The notes beneath the pieces were generated by a model. It made no database searches. It saw nothing but the letters and a program-made list of their open reading frames with translations, and was not told the origin of the DNA. The translations under genes and the position numbers were made by a program. From positions 7,482 to 71,481 of the forward strand of contig CAVVJT010000005.1 of the NCBI GenBank assembly GCA_963748625.1: a stretch of 64,000 bases of DNA. The letters run 5' to 3'. Origin of the DNA: an uncultured Chloroflexia bacterium. GTDB lineage: Bacteria > Chloroflexota > Limnocylindria > Limnocylindrales > CSP1-4. Every line of letters starts with the position of its first letter. Within the stretch, counting starts at the first letter, position 1. This document shows positions 28,565-39,022 of the stretch, piece by piece.

Positions 28565-30343
28565 ATGATTGTCGCGCCCGCACCCACCGGTCCCCGCTCG
28601 CCGTGGCGTCGCGCTGCCCGTGTCGCGGGCCTCGTGCTGGCCCCGGCGCTGCTCGTGACGGCGGTCGCAGTGGGCGTTGCTGGGCCAAAGGCGGATCCAG
28701 CGCCCACGGCTCCGCCTGCAGCTCCGACCACTGCGCCGACAGCGACGGCATCCGCTGCCCCGGCCCCGCCGTCATCCGAGGCCGTGATCACCGCCAGCGA
28801 GCAGCAGCAGACGCCACCCGACACCTTCGCGGGCCTCCCCGCCCTGACCCCGGGTGACGCCATGGCGCTGCGGGCGGCGGGCGCGCCCGACGAGCCCGTG
28901 GTCGTCACGGGCCACCTCAAGCTCGACACTCCCGACGCGTCATGCGACGGCGGCGACCTCGGACCGCTGGGGCCGTGGTGCACGCGGACCGGGATCCTGG
29001 CCGAGCATGCCTGGGCGGTGACCGGCGCTGACTTCGACCAGCTGCCCGCGCACCTCCACGTGACGCTCCCTACCGGCGTCCGGGTGCCGGAGGCCATCGC
29101 CCGGATGGCGGTGGCGCAGGCCGGACCGCCCCTGCCCGTGGTGGTGGTCGGCCGCTTCACGGGGACGCGCTGCGATCTCGCCGACCTGGCGTGGTGCGAG
29201 GAGCCCTTCGTGGTGGACCGCGTGACCTGGGCCAACGGTGTCCGCAGCGCGCTCACGCCGCTCGCGGAGGACCGTCTCCAGACCGGCCGCCGCCGCGCGA
29301 ACCCGTTCCAGCTCGCGGTCGATGCCGGCCAGACCCCGCTGCTGGGTGTGCTCGCATGGCCGGAAACGGTGGCCCGACTCGACCCGGCCACCGCCGACGC
29401 CGTCGGCAGTCGCGAGGCGTCCGAGCCGGTCTGGTACCTGCGCGTCCTCGAGCGGGAGGGACCCGGGGCGGCATCCGGGGAGGGCACGCCCGCGGTGCGC
29501 TGGCTCCTCGTCGATGAACGCCTGCTCGAGGTAATCGCAACGGGCACCACGCTCGCGATCGCGGACCCGGGCACCGTGGCGGCCACGGGCCATGCGCCCG
29601 ACCCCTTTCCGGACGCCATGGCGGGTCTCCCGGTCTGGAGTCCTGCCGAGACACGGGACCGGGTGGCGGCGGACAACGGCTCGGTGGGCCCCCGTGCCGT
29701 GGCGGGCTACCTGCGTGACGTCCGCGCATCGGATCGCTGCGAGCGCACTGGGCCGACTGCGCGAACCCTGTGCGAGCGCACGGCCTGGCTCGACCCCGGG
29801 ACCGGTCCGGCGGCCGGGTCGGCGGGCGTCCGCGTAAGGATCCCGGCCGGGGTCCGCGTCCCGAGCGGTGCGATCGGTCCGGACGCGGGGCCACTCGCGG
29901 TCGTCATCCTCGCGCGCAGCCGCCTGGGTGGCAGTGGCTGCGCGGCGACGCCGGCCTGCGAGCTCACGCTCGACGTGGACCGGATCGCGTGGGCCGACGG
30001 CGCGGACGTCGCCGCACGCCCCGTCGTCGACCCTGCCCTGAGCACGCGCGCCCGGGTGACGGCCCGGTCCAGCCGCGATGGCGCCGAACGCCTGGCAGCG
30101 GGCGGGTCGGGAACGGTGCTCCTGAGCGCCCTCGTCCGCCGCAGCCACGTGGGGACGCTCGATCCCGTAGCTGCCGATGCGCTCCGGGCGTCCGGGCCCG
30201 GCGCCAGCCCGGTGTGGTACGTGCGGGCGCTCGAGACCCGCTACGGGTCCATGCGCTACCAGACGGGCGACATCCCGCCGAGGGTCAGCTGGGTCGTCGT
30301 GGATGCCGTGACCGGCGCGGCGCTCGCCTGGGGTCCCGGCTGA
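28565..30343 (+). CDS. Paralog of the preceding gene carrying two copies of the four-Cys module
   Basis: 592 aa with the same N-terminal architecture (MIVAPAP...TM...P/A linker). The module is repeated twice (GHLKLD..C..C.RTGILA ... VWYLRVLE; GYLRDV..C..C.RTAWL ... VWYVRALE). Confidence 0.7.
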   Translation: MIVAPAPTGPRSPWRRAARVAGLVLAPALLVTAVAVGVAGPKADPAPTAPPAAPTTAPTATASAAPAPPSSEAVITASEQQQTPPDTFAGLPALTPGDAMALRAAGAPDEPVVVTGHLKLDTPDASCDGGDLGPLGPWCTRTGILAEHAWAVTGADFDQLPAHLHVTLPTGVRVPEAIARMAVAQAGPPLPVVVVGRFTGTRCDLADLAWCEEPFVVDRVTWANGVRSALTPLAEDRLQTGRRRANPFQLAVDAGQTPLLGVLAWPETVARLDPATADAVGSREASEPVWYLRVLEREGPGAASGEGTPAVRWLLVDERLLEVIATGTTLAIADPGTVAATGHAPDPFPDAMAGLPVWSPAETRDRVAADNGSVGPRAVAGYLRDVRASDRCERTGPTARTLCERTAWLDPGTGPAAGSAGVRVRIPAGVRVPSGAIGPDAGPLAVVILARSRLGGSGCAATPACELTLDVDRIAWADGADVAARPVVDPALSTRARVTARSSRDGAERLAAGGSGTVLLSALVRRSHVGTLDPVAADALRASGPGASPVWYVRALETRYGSMRYQTGDIPPRVSWVVVDAVTGAALAWGPG

Positions 30344-30371
30344 CGGAACCGCGGATCAGCGCCCGTCAGCC
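30338..30371. terminator. Bidirectional hairpin whose arms contain both convergent stop codons
   Basis: GGCTGACGG (30338-30346) and CCGTCAGCC (30363-30371) form a perfect 9-bp inverted repeat with a 16-nt loop. The plus-strand TGA and the pyrC TCA sit inside the arms. Confidence 0.4.
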
Positions 30372-31753
30372 CTCGATGTAGGCGATCTGGCCTGCGGCCA
30401 CCACGAGCCGCACAACGCCACGCACCTGGCGGCCGAGGAGCGGCGTGTTCTTGCCCTTCGAGGCGAGCGCCTCGGGCGTGACCGTCCAGCTTGCACCGGC
30501 GTCCACGACCACGAGGTCTGCGAACTCGCCCGTGCGCAGGCCGGGCGGGAGGACGCCGTCCGCGCCGAGCACCCGGGCAGGGCCCGTGGTCAGCGCCTCC
30601 ACGACGCGTGCGAGGGGGGCGCCGCCTGCGGCCACCAGCTCCAGCAGGACCGGGAGCGCCGTCTCGATCCCGGAGATCCCGTTGATCGCCCAGCCGAACT
30701 CGACGTGCTTGTCCACCTCGGTGTGCGGCGCATGGTCGGTCGCGATGGCGTCCGCGGTGCCGTCCACGAGCGCCCGCAGGCACGCAGCCGCATCCTCGGC
30801 CGAGCGCAGCGGCGGGTTCACCCGCAGGGACGTGTCGAAGGGCTCCGCCGTCAGCGAGCCATCGGTCCACGGATCGGTGGCGTGCCCGTCGGCGTCCACC
30901 TGCTCCCAGGCCCAGCGGCGCGAGCCCGCGATCCAGGCATCGGTGAAGGCGAGATGGTGCGGCGTGACGTCACACGTGACCGGCAGCCCGGCGACCTTCG
31001 CCGCCCGGACGTGGTCGAGCGAGGCCGCCGTGGACAGGTGCGTGAGGTGGAGGCGCGCCATGGGCACGTCCCGGACCACGTCGGCCAGGATCGCGATTGC
31101 CCTCGCGACCGCGCCTGCCTCCCCGGAGACCGGCCAGCCCTTGAGGCCCAGCACGGATGCCACGTACCCCTCCGACGCCTCGGCGCCGGTGGTGAGCGAT
31201 GGGTCCTCGGGGTGGTCGATGACCGGCAGGCCCAGCGACCCCGCGTAGGCGAGCGCGTTGCGCAGGAGCGCGGCCGAGTGGACCGGCGCCCCGTCATCGG
31301 AGAAGCCCACCACGCCGGCATCGGCAAGCTCGCCCATGGGCGCGAGCTGCTCGCCCTTCCGCCCGACGGTCACGGCGCCGTGCACCAGCACGCGCACCGG
31401 GGATTCGGACGCCCACGCGGCATCGAGCACCCGGCCGACCACCCCCGGCTCGTCGATGGTCGGGGTCGTGTTGGGCATCAGGGCGACCGTTGTGAACCCG
31501 CCGTGGGCGGCGGCCGCGAGGCCCGTGGCGACCGTCTCGGCATCCTCGTTGCCGGGCTCGCGGAAGTGGGCGTGCAGGTCGATCAGGCCGGGCAGGATCA
31601 GCGTGCCCCCGGGCGTGATGCCCGGACTGTCATCCGGCAGCCAGGTGACCTGCTCCAGCACGCCATCCCGGACCGCGATCTGGGCCGGTCCCTCCCGGCC
31701 GGACGCCGGGTCCACCGCCCAGCCCCGCAGGACCAGGCCGTCCGCCGTGTCGC

Positions 31754-31757
<4 letters not shown>
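30366..31757 (-). CDS. pyrC: Dihydroorotase
   Basis: 463 aa with LIDLHAHFREPG..ED..TG..AA..GGFTTV..MPNT.P. The GTG start overlaps the pyrB stop. Confidence 0.92.
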
Positions 31758-33522
<1,765 letters not shown>

Positions 33523-34074
33523 TCAGTAGACCGAGACGGTGACCTTGGTGGTCCCGGACCAGGACGGGCACCCGCAGATCGCGAAGAAGTCGGGCGCGTA
33601 GAGGTCGACGATCCGGCTCTTCGTTCGCGGCCCGTAATCGGTGATGGTGCGCTGGATGCAGCCGCCGTCACCGCAGATCACCACGATCGTGCCGCGCGGC
33701 AGGCGCATGGCGGTGGTGCCATTGTGATAGAAGGTCGCGTAGCCGGAGACCTTGTACTCGGGCTCCTTCCAGGCCTTGCCCGACGGCGTGGCCGGCTGGC
33801 GCACGACAGGTCGGGACCGGGGGACCTTGGGCTGTTTGCCGGGCTCCACGAAGACATCGGTGGCCGAGAGGGCGCCAGCCGAGTCGAGGGCAGGATCAAG
33901 CAGGCCCCCGGCGCGTGGCGCGGGGGCGTCCGCGGAGATCACCACCGAGGTGAAGGCCGCCGTCGCCACATCCCGGACCGAGGACGGTGCCTGCGAACCG
34001 ACCGGGACGGGCAGTCCGGCGAGTGCGAGTGCGGCGATGAGCGCCGTACCCGCGACGACCGTTCTGCGTCGCAT
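33523..34074 (-). CDS. Secreted RlpA-like double-psi beta-barrel (DPBB) protein
   Basis: 183 aa with a signal peptide. The C-terminal region reads SGYATFYHNGTTAMRLPRGTIVVICGDGGCIQRTITDYGP....IVDLYAPDF. Confidence 0.75.
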   Translation of the reverse strand: MRRRTVVAGTALIAALALAGLPVPVGSQAPSSVRDVATAAFTSVVISADAPAPRAGGLLDPALDSAGALSATDVFVEPGKQPKVPRSRPVVRQPATPSGKAWKEPEYKVSGYATFYHNGTTAMRLPRGTIVVICGDGGCIQRTITDYGPRTKSRIVDLYAPDFFAICGCPSWSGTTKVTVSVY

Positions 34075-34159
34075 GGGAGGCGCACTGTACCCGATCCGGC
34101 CGCCACTCGCGAGTGTCCCGGGCCCCAGACAAGCATCCCAACGTCTGTGCTGGCCAGAC

Positions 34160-34271
34160 CGGCTCGCGGTTCCCGGTTCCCTGCTCGCGGTTCCCGGCCC
34201 GGCTCCCGGCTCCCGGCTCAGGCCCAGATGGGCGGCTCAGGCCCAGATGGGCGGCTCCGGCCCGGATGCGC
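34160..34271. repeat. Cluster of short tandem repeats in a 532-bp intergenic region
   Basis: GCTCGCGGTTCCCGG occurs twice (34162 and 34183). GGCTCCC occurs twice. The 19-mer GGCTCAGGCCCAGATGGGC occurs twice perfectly (34215 and 34234), followed by a degenerate third copy. Confidence 0.85.
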
Positions 34272-34606
34272 GGCCAGCGTGCGTACGGGCGGATGCCCTG
34301 CGATTCCTGCACGCCCAGCGCGCGGGAACGATGCTCCCCGGGCCCGGGAGGCGCGGAGCTGCGCGCTGGGCGCGCAGGAGTGACGGGTCACGCTCCCGTA
34401 GGCACGCCCGGCGCGCACCGGCGACGGGCGGGGACCTGCGGCGGGGGCCAGGGGCGGGCAAGAACTCCCGCGGGAACACCGGCCGGCCGTCAGCATGCAG
34501 GGCACAGGCCGACGGGTGCGGCACGGCCCGCACCGCGCACTGGGGCCAGCACAGGAGTTGGGACGCTCCCTGGATCGCGGACGTGCACCGCGGCGCGGCG
34601 CCGATC

Positions 34607-36415
34607 TCAGCGGACGATGGTGCCGCCGGCCTCGGAGGGGAGCTCAACGATCCCCATGCCCTCGCTGTTCCAGGCAAGCACGCGGACCACCGAAGTGTCG
34701 CCGGCGCCGATCGCGGGCCAGGCGAGGTGGTCGATGTCAAGCGCGAACCCCTTTAGCGCGGGGGCATCTTCGAGGAGCGGGTTGTCGAGGTCGACCGCCA
34801 TCCCGTCGCCGGTGGCCCGGTACAGCGAGAGCGTGCCCAGCTCTGCATCCGTCGGGCCCGCCGTCCAGACGGCGAGGACGGAACCACTCGGGTCCCACTG
34901 GGCCGACCAACCACGCAGGGGCCCTTCGGCCAGCTGCTGGGTCACACCCTCGCGCTCCCAGGGGCCGAGCACGAGGTTGCCGGCGCCGGTCACCGGGGTG
35001 AGACCGCCACGCGCGAGTCGGACCTCGCCATCCCACCAGACCGCTGCAGCCCGGTTGGGGCTGATCGCGGGCAGCCAGCCATCGCTGACCGGGCCGCGCT
35101 CGGTCCCGTCGACCGGGTCGACGAGATACGTGCGCGCGTTTCGATCGCCCACGCGGCTGACCACGAGGTCGCCGCTATGCCAGCCTGCGAAGACGGACCG
35201 GTGGTCGTCGGTGAGGCGCACAGCCCGCGGCTCGGTCGTGGTCCAGACGTAGACATCGGGGCCAGCAGACCCGTCGGCAGGGCGGGCGGTGAAGGCGAAG
35301 CGGCTGCCCGAGCGGTTGTACGCGGCGACCGACCCGACGACGATCACATTGCTCGCGATCTGGATGGCGCCGTCCGGGCCAGGGGTCACCTCGACGCTGG
35401 GCGACGGGGCGGGCGTGCGCGGCGCCTCGGTGCCGGCGGCAGGGGTTGGCTCCGGTGACGGCTCCACGGTGGCATCGGCCGAGGGCTCGAGCGTGGGCTC
35501 GGTGGTGGGCGTCACGGCCGGGCCTCCGGACTCGGCGGGGTCCGGCGTGGAGGCAGGCGGCTCTGGCGTCTCGGCCGGGGTACCGCTGCCCGCCGGAGCC
35601 TCGGACGAGGCTGTCGGCACCGGCTCATCCGTCACGCCGGGCGTCGCCACGTCCGCGGTCTGGACAGGTGTCGGGGTGGCCGGCTCGGCGGTTGGCACAC
35701 CGGGCGTCCCGGTCGGACGCTCGACCGTCGCGGTCGCGACAGGGACCACGTAGACCTCCTGGTCGCCCTCACCGCCCTGGACGATCACCAGGCGGTCCCG
35801 GGTGGGCGACAGGATCGCCCCAGTCACGACGGGTGTCTGCGCCATCGCCGCCAGCTGCTCCGTCTCGGCCGACGGGTCCACGCTGCAGGTCTCGGCGCCC
35901 ACCGGGCAGACCTCGCTGACGTTCTGGGTCCGGATCTCGAGACGGCCATCCTCGTCCTGGCCAAGCACCTGGATGTTGGCGGCGACGGCCATCGGCGTGG
36001 CAAGGGCGACGGCCGAGCCGGGCGACGCGGCAGGCTGGCCGTTGAGCATGCCGGCTCCCACCGCGATCGCGACCATCGCGACCCCCGCGACGGGAGCGAG
36101 GATCCAGCCGAGGCGGCCGGTTGCCCGGCGGGAAGGTCGCGACGACCCGCCGGCGCGGCCGGCACCCTGGACCTCGATCGAGGCGGCGGTCCGGGCCCAC
36201 AGGTCGCGCGGCGGTTCGGGTACCGCATCGAGCAGCCCCTGGAACAACAGGTGGCCGGTGTCATAGTCGGCGGCGGCGGCGGCGCAGTCCGCACACGCGG
36301 CGAGGTGGCTGTCGAGCCAAGCCTCCTCGGCGGGCTCAAGCAGCCCGTCCAGCCGCCAGGCGGCGAGCTCGTGCGCCCGGTCGTGGTCGGTGGCGCTGTG
36401 GAAGAGACCGCTCAT
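34607..36415 (-). CDS. Anti-sigma factor (zf-HC2) with TM and C-terminal beta-propeller-like domain
   Basis: 602 aa. The zf-HC2 motif is HLAACADCAAAAADYD. A single TM (ILAPVAGVAMVAIAVGAG) and a P/T-rich linker follow, and the C-terminal region has TolB-like repeat character. The start overlaps the sigma stop. Confidence 0.8.
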   Translation of the reverse strand: MSGLFHSATDHDRAHELAAWRLDGLLEPAEEAWLDSHLAACADCAAAAADYDTGHLLFQGLLDAVPEPPRDLWARTAASIEVQGAGRAGGSSRPSRRATGRLGWILAPVAGVAMVAIAVGAGMLNGQPAASPGSAVALATPMAVAANIQVLGQDEDGRLEIRTQNVSEVCPVGAETCSVDPSAETEQLAAMAQTPVVTGAILSPTRDRLVIVQGGEGDQEVYVVPVATATVERPTGTPGVPTAEPATPTPVQTADVATPGVTDEPVPTASSEAPAGSGTPAETPEPPASTPDPAESGGPAVTPTTEPTLEPSADATVEPSPEPTPAAGTEAPRTPAPSPSVEVTPGPDGAIQIASNVIVVGSVAAYNRSGSRFAFTARPADGSAGPDVYVWTTTEPRAVRLTDDHRSVFAGWHSGDLVVSRVGDRNARTYLVDPVDGTERGPVSDGWLPAISPNRAAAVWWDGEVRLARGGLTPVTGAGNLVLGPWEREGVTQQLAEGPLRGWSAQWDPSGSVLAVWTAGPTDAELGTLSLYRATGDGMAVDLDNPLLEDAPALKGFALDIDHLAWPAIGAGDTSVVRVLAWNSEGMGIVELPSEAGGTIVR

Positions 36416-37044
36416 GACCGGGCCTCCGGTCGCTGGTCGGCGCGGGCCTCGGCCTCGGCCACGGCGGCCCGTTCGGCAGCGAGCGCCTGACGGAGGCTCT
36501 CGCGGGCCCGAGTCAACAGGGCGCGCGCGGCGACGTGCGAGACGCCGAGGGCGGCCGCGAGCTCGATGCCGGTGAGATCGTGCAGCTCGGCAAGCAGCAG
36601 GGCGGACCGCTGGCGCTCCGGGATCCGCTCCAGCGCCCGCTCGAGCTCGCCCGACAGGCGGGCCTCCATCACGAGGTGCTCAGCGGACGGCGCCGTGTTG
36701 CGGGTCTCGCCCACGAGGGGGATGAAGCGGATGATGCGCTTGCGACGCAGATCGTCGAGGGCGACGCGGTGGGCGATCTGGTACAGCCATGCGCGCGCGT
36801 TCTCGGGCTTCTCGAGCGTGTCGTAGGCCTTGTAGGCCTTCACGAACGCGTCCTGCGTGAGGTCGGCAGCGAGCTCGGGGTCGCGAAGCATGCGCACCAG
36901 GTACGCGTAGATCTCGCGCTGATGCCTACCGAACAGCTCCTCGACGAAGCGATACGCCTCGTCGCGGTCCCATGCGGAGGTCACCGGTCGACCGACCGGC
37001 ATGGCGCGCCGCTGCTGTTCGAGCTGGAAGGGATCTGCGACCAC
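36412..37044 (-). CDS. ECF-type RNA polymerase sigma factor
   Basis: 210 aa. Region 2 reads YLVRMLRDPELAADLTQDAFVKAY...WLYQIAHRVALDDLRRKR. Region 4 reads RSALLLAELHDLTGIELAAALGVSHVAARALLTRAR. Confidence 0.9.
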   Translation of the reverse strand: MVADPFQLEQQRRAMPVGRPVTSAWDRDEAYRFVEELFGRHQREIYAYLVRMLRDPELAADLTQDAFVKAYKAYDTLEKPENARAWLYQIAHRVALDDLRRKRIIRFIPLVGETRNTAPSAEHLVMEARLSGELERALERIPERQRSALLLAELHDLTGIELAAALGVSHVAARALLTRARESLRQALAAERAAVAEAEARADQRPEARS

Positions 37045-37152
37045 GTGCGCTCCGGCTGGATGGATCGGAACCCCCCGATCCGGAGCTTGGCGCTCCAGGC
37101 CCCTCTGACGATCGTCTCCCCCACCCTGTGACGGCCTCCTCCCCCGGCTCCG

Positions 37153-38154
37153 TCAGCGAAACGGATGCTCCGGCTCCGCCGCTCCCGGCCCTGTCCGGAG
37201 CTCGTCCACCGCGTCCTCGGGCGAGACCGGGTTGACGGGCAGTCCGGTCCCCAACTCAAGACCTGCAATCTCGCGCAAGCGTGGGTGGATCTCCCAGTGC
37301 CAATGGTACGTGGCATCGACGTGCTCTTTGAGCGGACTGCTGTGGAGGACGAGGTTGTAGGGCGGTCCGTCGAGGCTGGCGGCAAGCTGGCCCAGCACGT
37401 GGCGCAACGCCTCCGCGGTTGCGGCGATGTCGGCATCGGAGGCCCGCGCGAAGTCGCTGTCGTGGCGGCGCGGGACCACCCAGATCTCGAACGGCGAGCG
37501 GCTCGCGTAGGGTGCGAACGCGACGGCGTTCGCGTCGGCGTAGAGCAGGCGGTCGGGGCGGCGTACCTCGTCGCGGACCAGACGGCAGTAGGGGCACTCA
37601 CCCTCACGGATCATGAACCGCGCGGCCCCGCCGAGCTCCTCCGCGATCCGGTGCGGGATCTGCGGCAGGTCGTAGAGGTCGAAGCAGAGGTGGTTGGTCC
37701 GGGCGCCCGCCTGCTGGCCCCAGTTCTGGACGACCTGGAGGTGCTGCGTCCGCCCGGCCTGCCGCGACGCGGTGATCTCGTCCCGGCAGCGCGCGAGCAG
37801 CGCTTCGATCTCGTGGTTGCCCACCGCGTGCAGGGGGCGGTGCTCCCCCGGCGGCGCCACCACCGTCCGCCACGAGCCCGCGGCCCTCGCCTCGGTGAGC
37901 GCGAGCTGGGCGACCTGCCCGTCGCGTGCCCGCGCCTCCTCCTCCGTGCCCGCCACCGTGAACGCGAAGTCCTTGAGGACCCGCAGGCGCACCCCGTCGC
38001 CGGGCGGGATCCGGCAGTTGAAGCAGTCTCCCCGATCCTCGGCCCGCCCGGCGGGCAGCGCGAACCGCTCGCGCGCGAACGTGCGGTCGATGATCGTGGC
38101 CACCCACCACGACGTGATCGCGTCCTTGCGCAGCTCGAACAGGCCCTGACTCAC
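37153..38154 (-). CDS. GalT-family (HIT superfamily) nucleotidyltransferase-like protein with a non-canonical active-site motif
   Basis: 333 aa. Motifs are CFNC and CPYC, FAPYASRSPFEIWVVPRRH and YHWHWEIHPRL. Where HxHxQ is expected the sequence reads NHLCFD. The start overlaps the lipB stop. Confidence 0.75.
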   Translation of the reverse strand: MSQGLFELRKDAITSWWVATIIDRTFARERFALPAGRAEDRGDCFNCRIPPGDGVRLRVLKDFAFTVAGTEEEARARDGQVAQLALTEARAAGSWRTVVAPPGEHRPLHAVGNHEIEALLARCRDEITASRQAGRTQHLQVVQNWGQQAGARTNHLCFDLYDLPQIPHRIAEELGGAARFMIREGECPYCRLVRDEVRRPDRLLYADANAVAFAPYASRSPFEIWVVPRRHDSDFARASDADIAATAEALRHVLGQLAASLDGPPYNLVLHSSPLKEHVDATYHWHWEIHPRLREIAGLELGTGLPVNPVSPEDAVDELRTGPGAAEPEHPFR

Positions 38155-38885
38155 GGCAGCTCACCCGCCAGCGCGGCGCCGATGCGGGCAGCGAGGGACG
38201 GCGCGAACGCGCGTGCGGCCCCCGCCACGCTCTCCGTGGTGGGCGGCTCCGTGCGGCGGCCCAGCTCCGACCAGACCGAGGTCGAGATGAGACCGGGCAT
38301 GCCGCAGGGATCGATCAGGTCGAAGTCGCGCAGGTCCACGCTCACGTTGAGCGCGATGCCGTGGTAGCTCACGCCCCGCTCGATCCGGATGCCGAGCGCG
38401 CCGATCTTGCGCGGATCAGGGCCGTCCGCGCCCACCCAGCAGCCCGGGTGTCCCTCGCGCGCGCCGGCGGTCACCCCGAACGCCGCGCAGGTGTCCACCA
38501 GCGCGCCCTCGAGCGCGCCGACGTACGGCCGCACGTGGAGACCCCGGTCGGCGAGCTTCACGATTGCGTACGCCACGAGCTGGCCGGGGCCGTGGTAGGT
38601 CACCTCGCCACCGCGCTCCACGCGGATCAGCTCGATCCCGCGCGCCTCCAGGATCGACGACGGGGCCAGCACATGGTCCTCGTGCGCCTGGCGGCCGAGC
38701 GTCAGGACCGCCGGGTGCTCGAGCAGCAGCAGCGTGTCCCCGATCTCATCGCGCGCCCGCTCCCCGGCGAGGCGCTTCTGGAGGTCCCAGGCCTCGCGAT
38801 AGCCGATCCGTCCCAGCCAGCGCGCCTCGAGGGGCGCACCGGCACCGGCCGGGGTGGGTTCGCGGTCCGTCTCAACGGCGTGCAT
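38151..38885 (-). CDS. lipB: Lipoyl(octanoyl) transferase
   Basis: Motifs are LLLLEHPAVLTLG, GGEVTYHGPGQLVAY and KIGALGIRIERGVSYHGIALNV. The start is ATG 38885 or the track start 38927. Confidence 0.9.
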   Translation of the reverse strand: MHAVETDREPTPAGAGAPLEARWLGRIGYREAWDLQKRLAGERARDEIGDTLLLLEHPAVLTLGRQAHEDHVLAPSSILEARGIELIRVERGGEVTYHGPGQLVAYAIVKLADRGLHVRPYVGALEGALVDTCAAFGVTAGAREGHPGCWVGADGPDPRKIGALGIRIERGVSYHGIALNVSVDLRDFDLIDPCGMPGLISTSVWSELGRRTEPPTTESVAGAARAFAPSLAARIGAALAGELP

Positions 38886-39022
38886 GGCGCGGACGATAGC
38901 AGGGGTGCATGCACGCGCCATCACCACGCCACACTGGACCCAGCGCCCGCATCCACGGGTAGCGCGCCCGCAGCGTGCAACGGCGAGCCCGGCGTCATGC
39001 CCGGGGGCGTCATGCTCCCGTC

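Noticed and set aside
34075-34606. c-di-AMP (ydaO-type) riboswitch upstream of the RlpA-like gene.
   Set aside because: Reading the coding strand, I could not find the paired GGGGA..CCA / GGGGUGAAUC-type conserved segments. I leave it as an open check for a covariance-model scan rather than a call.
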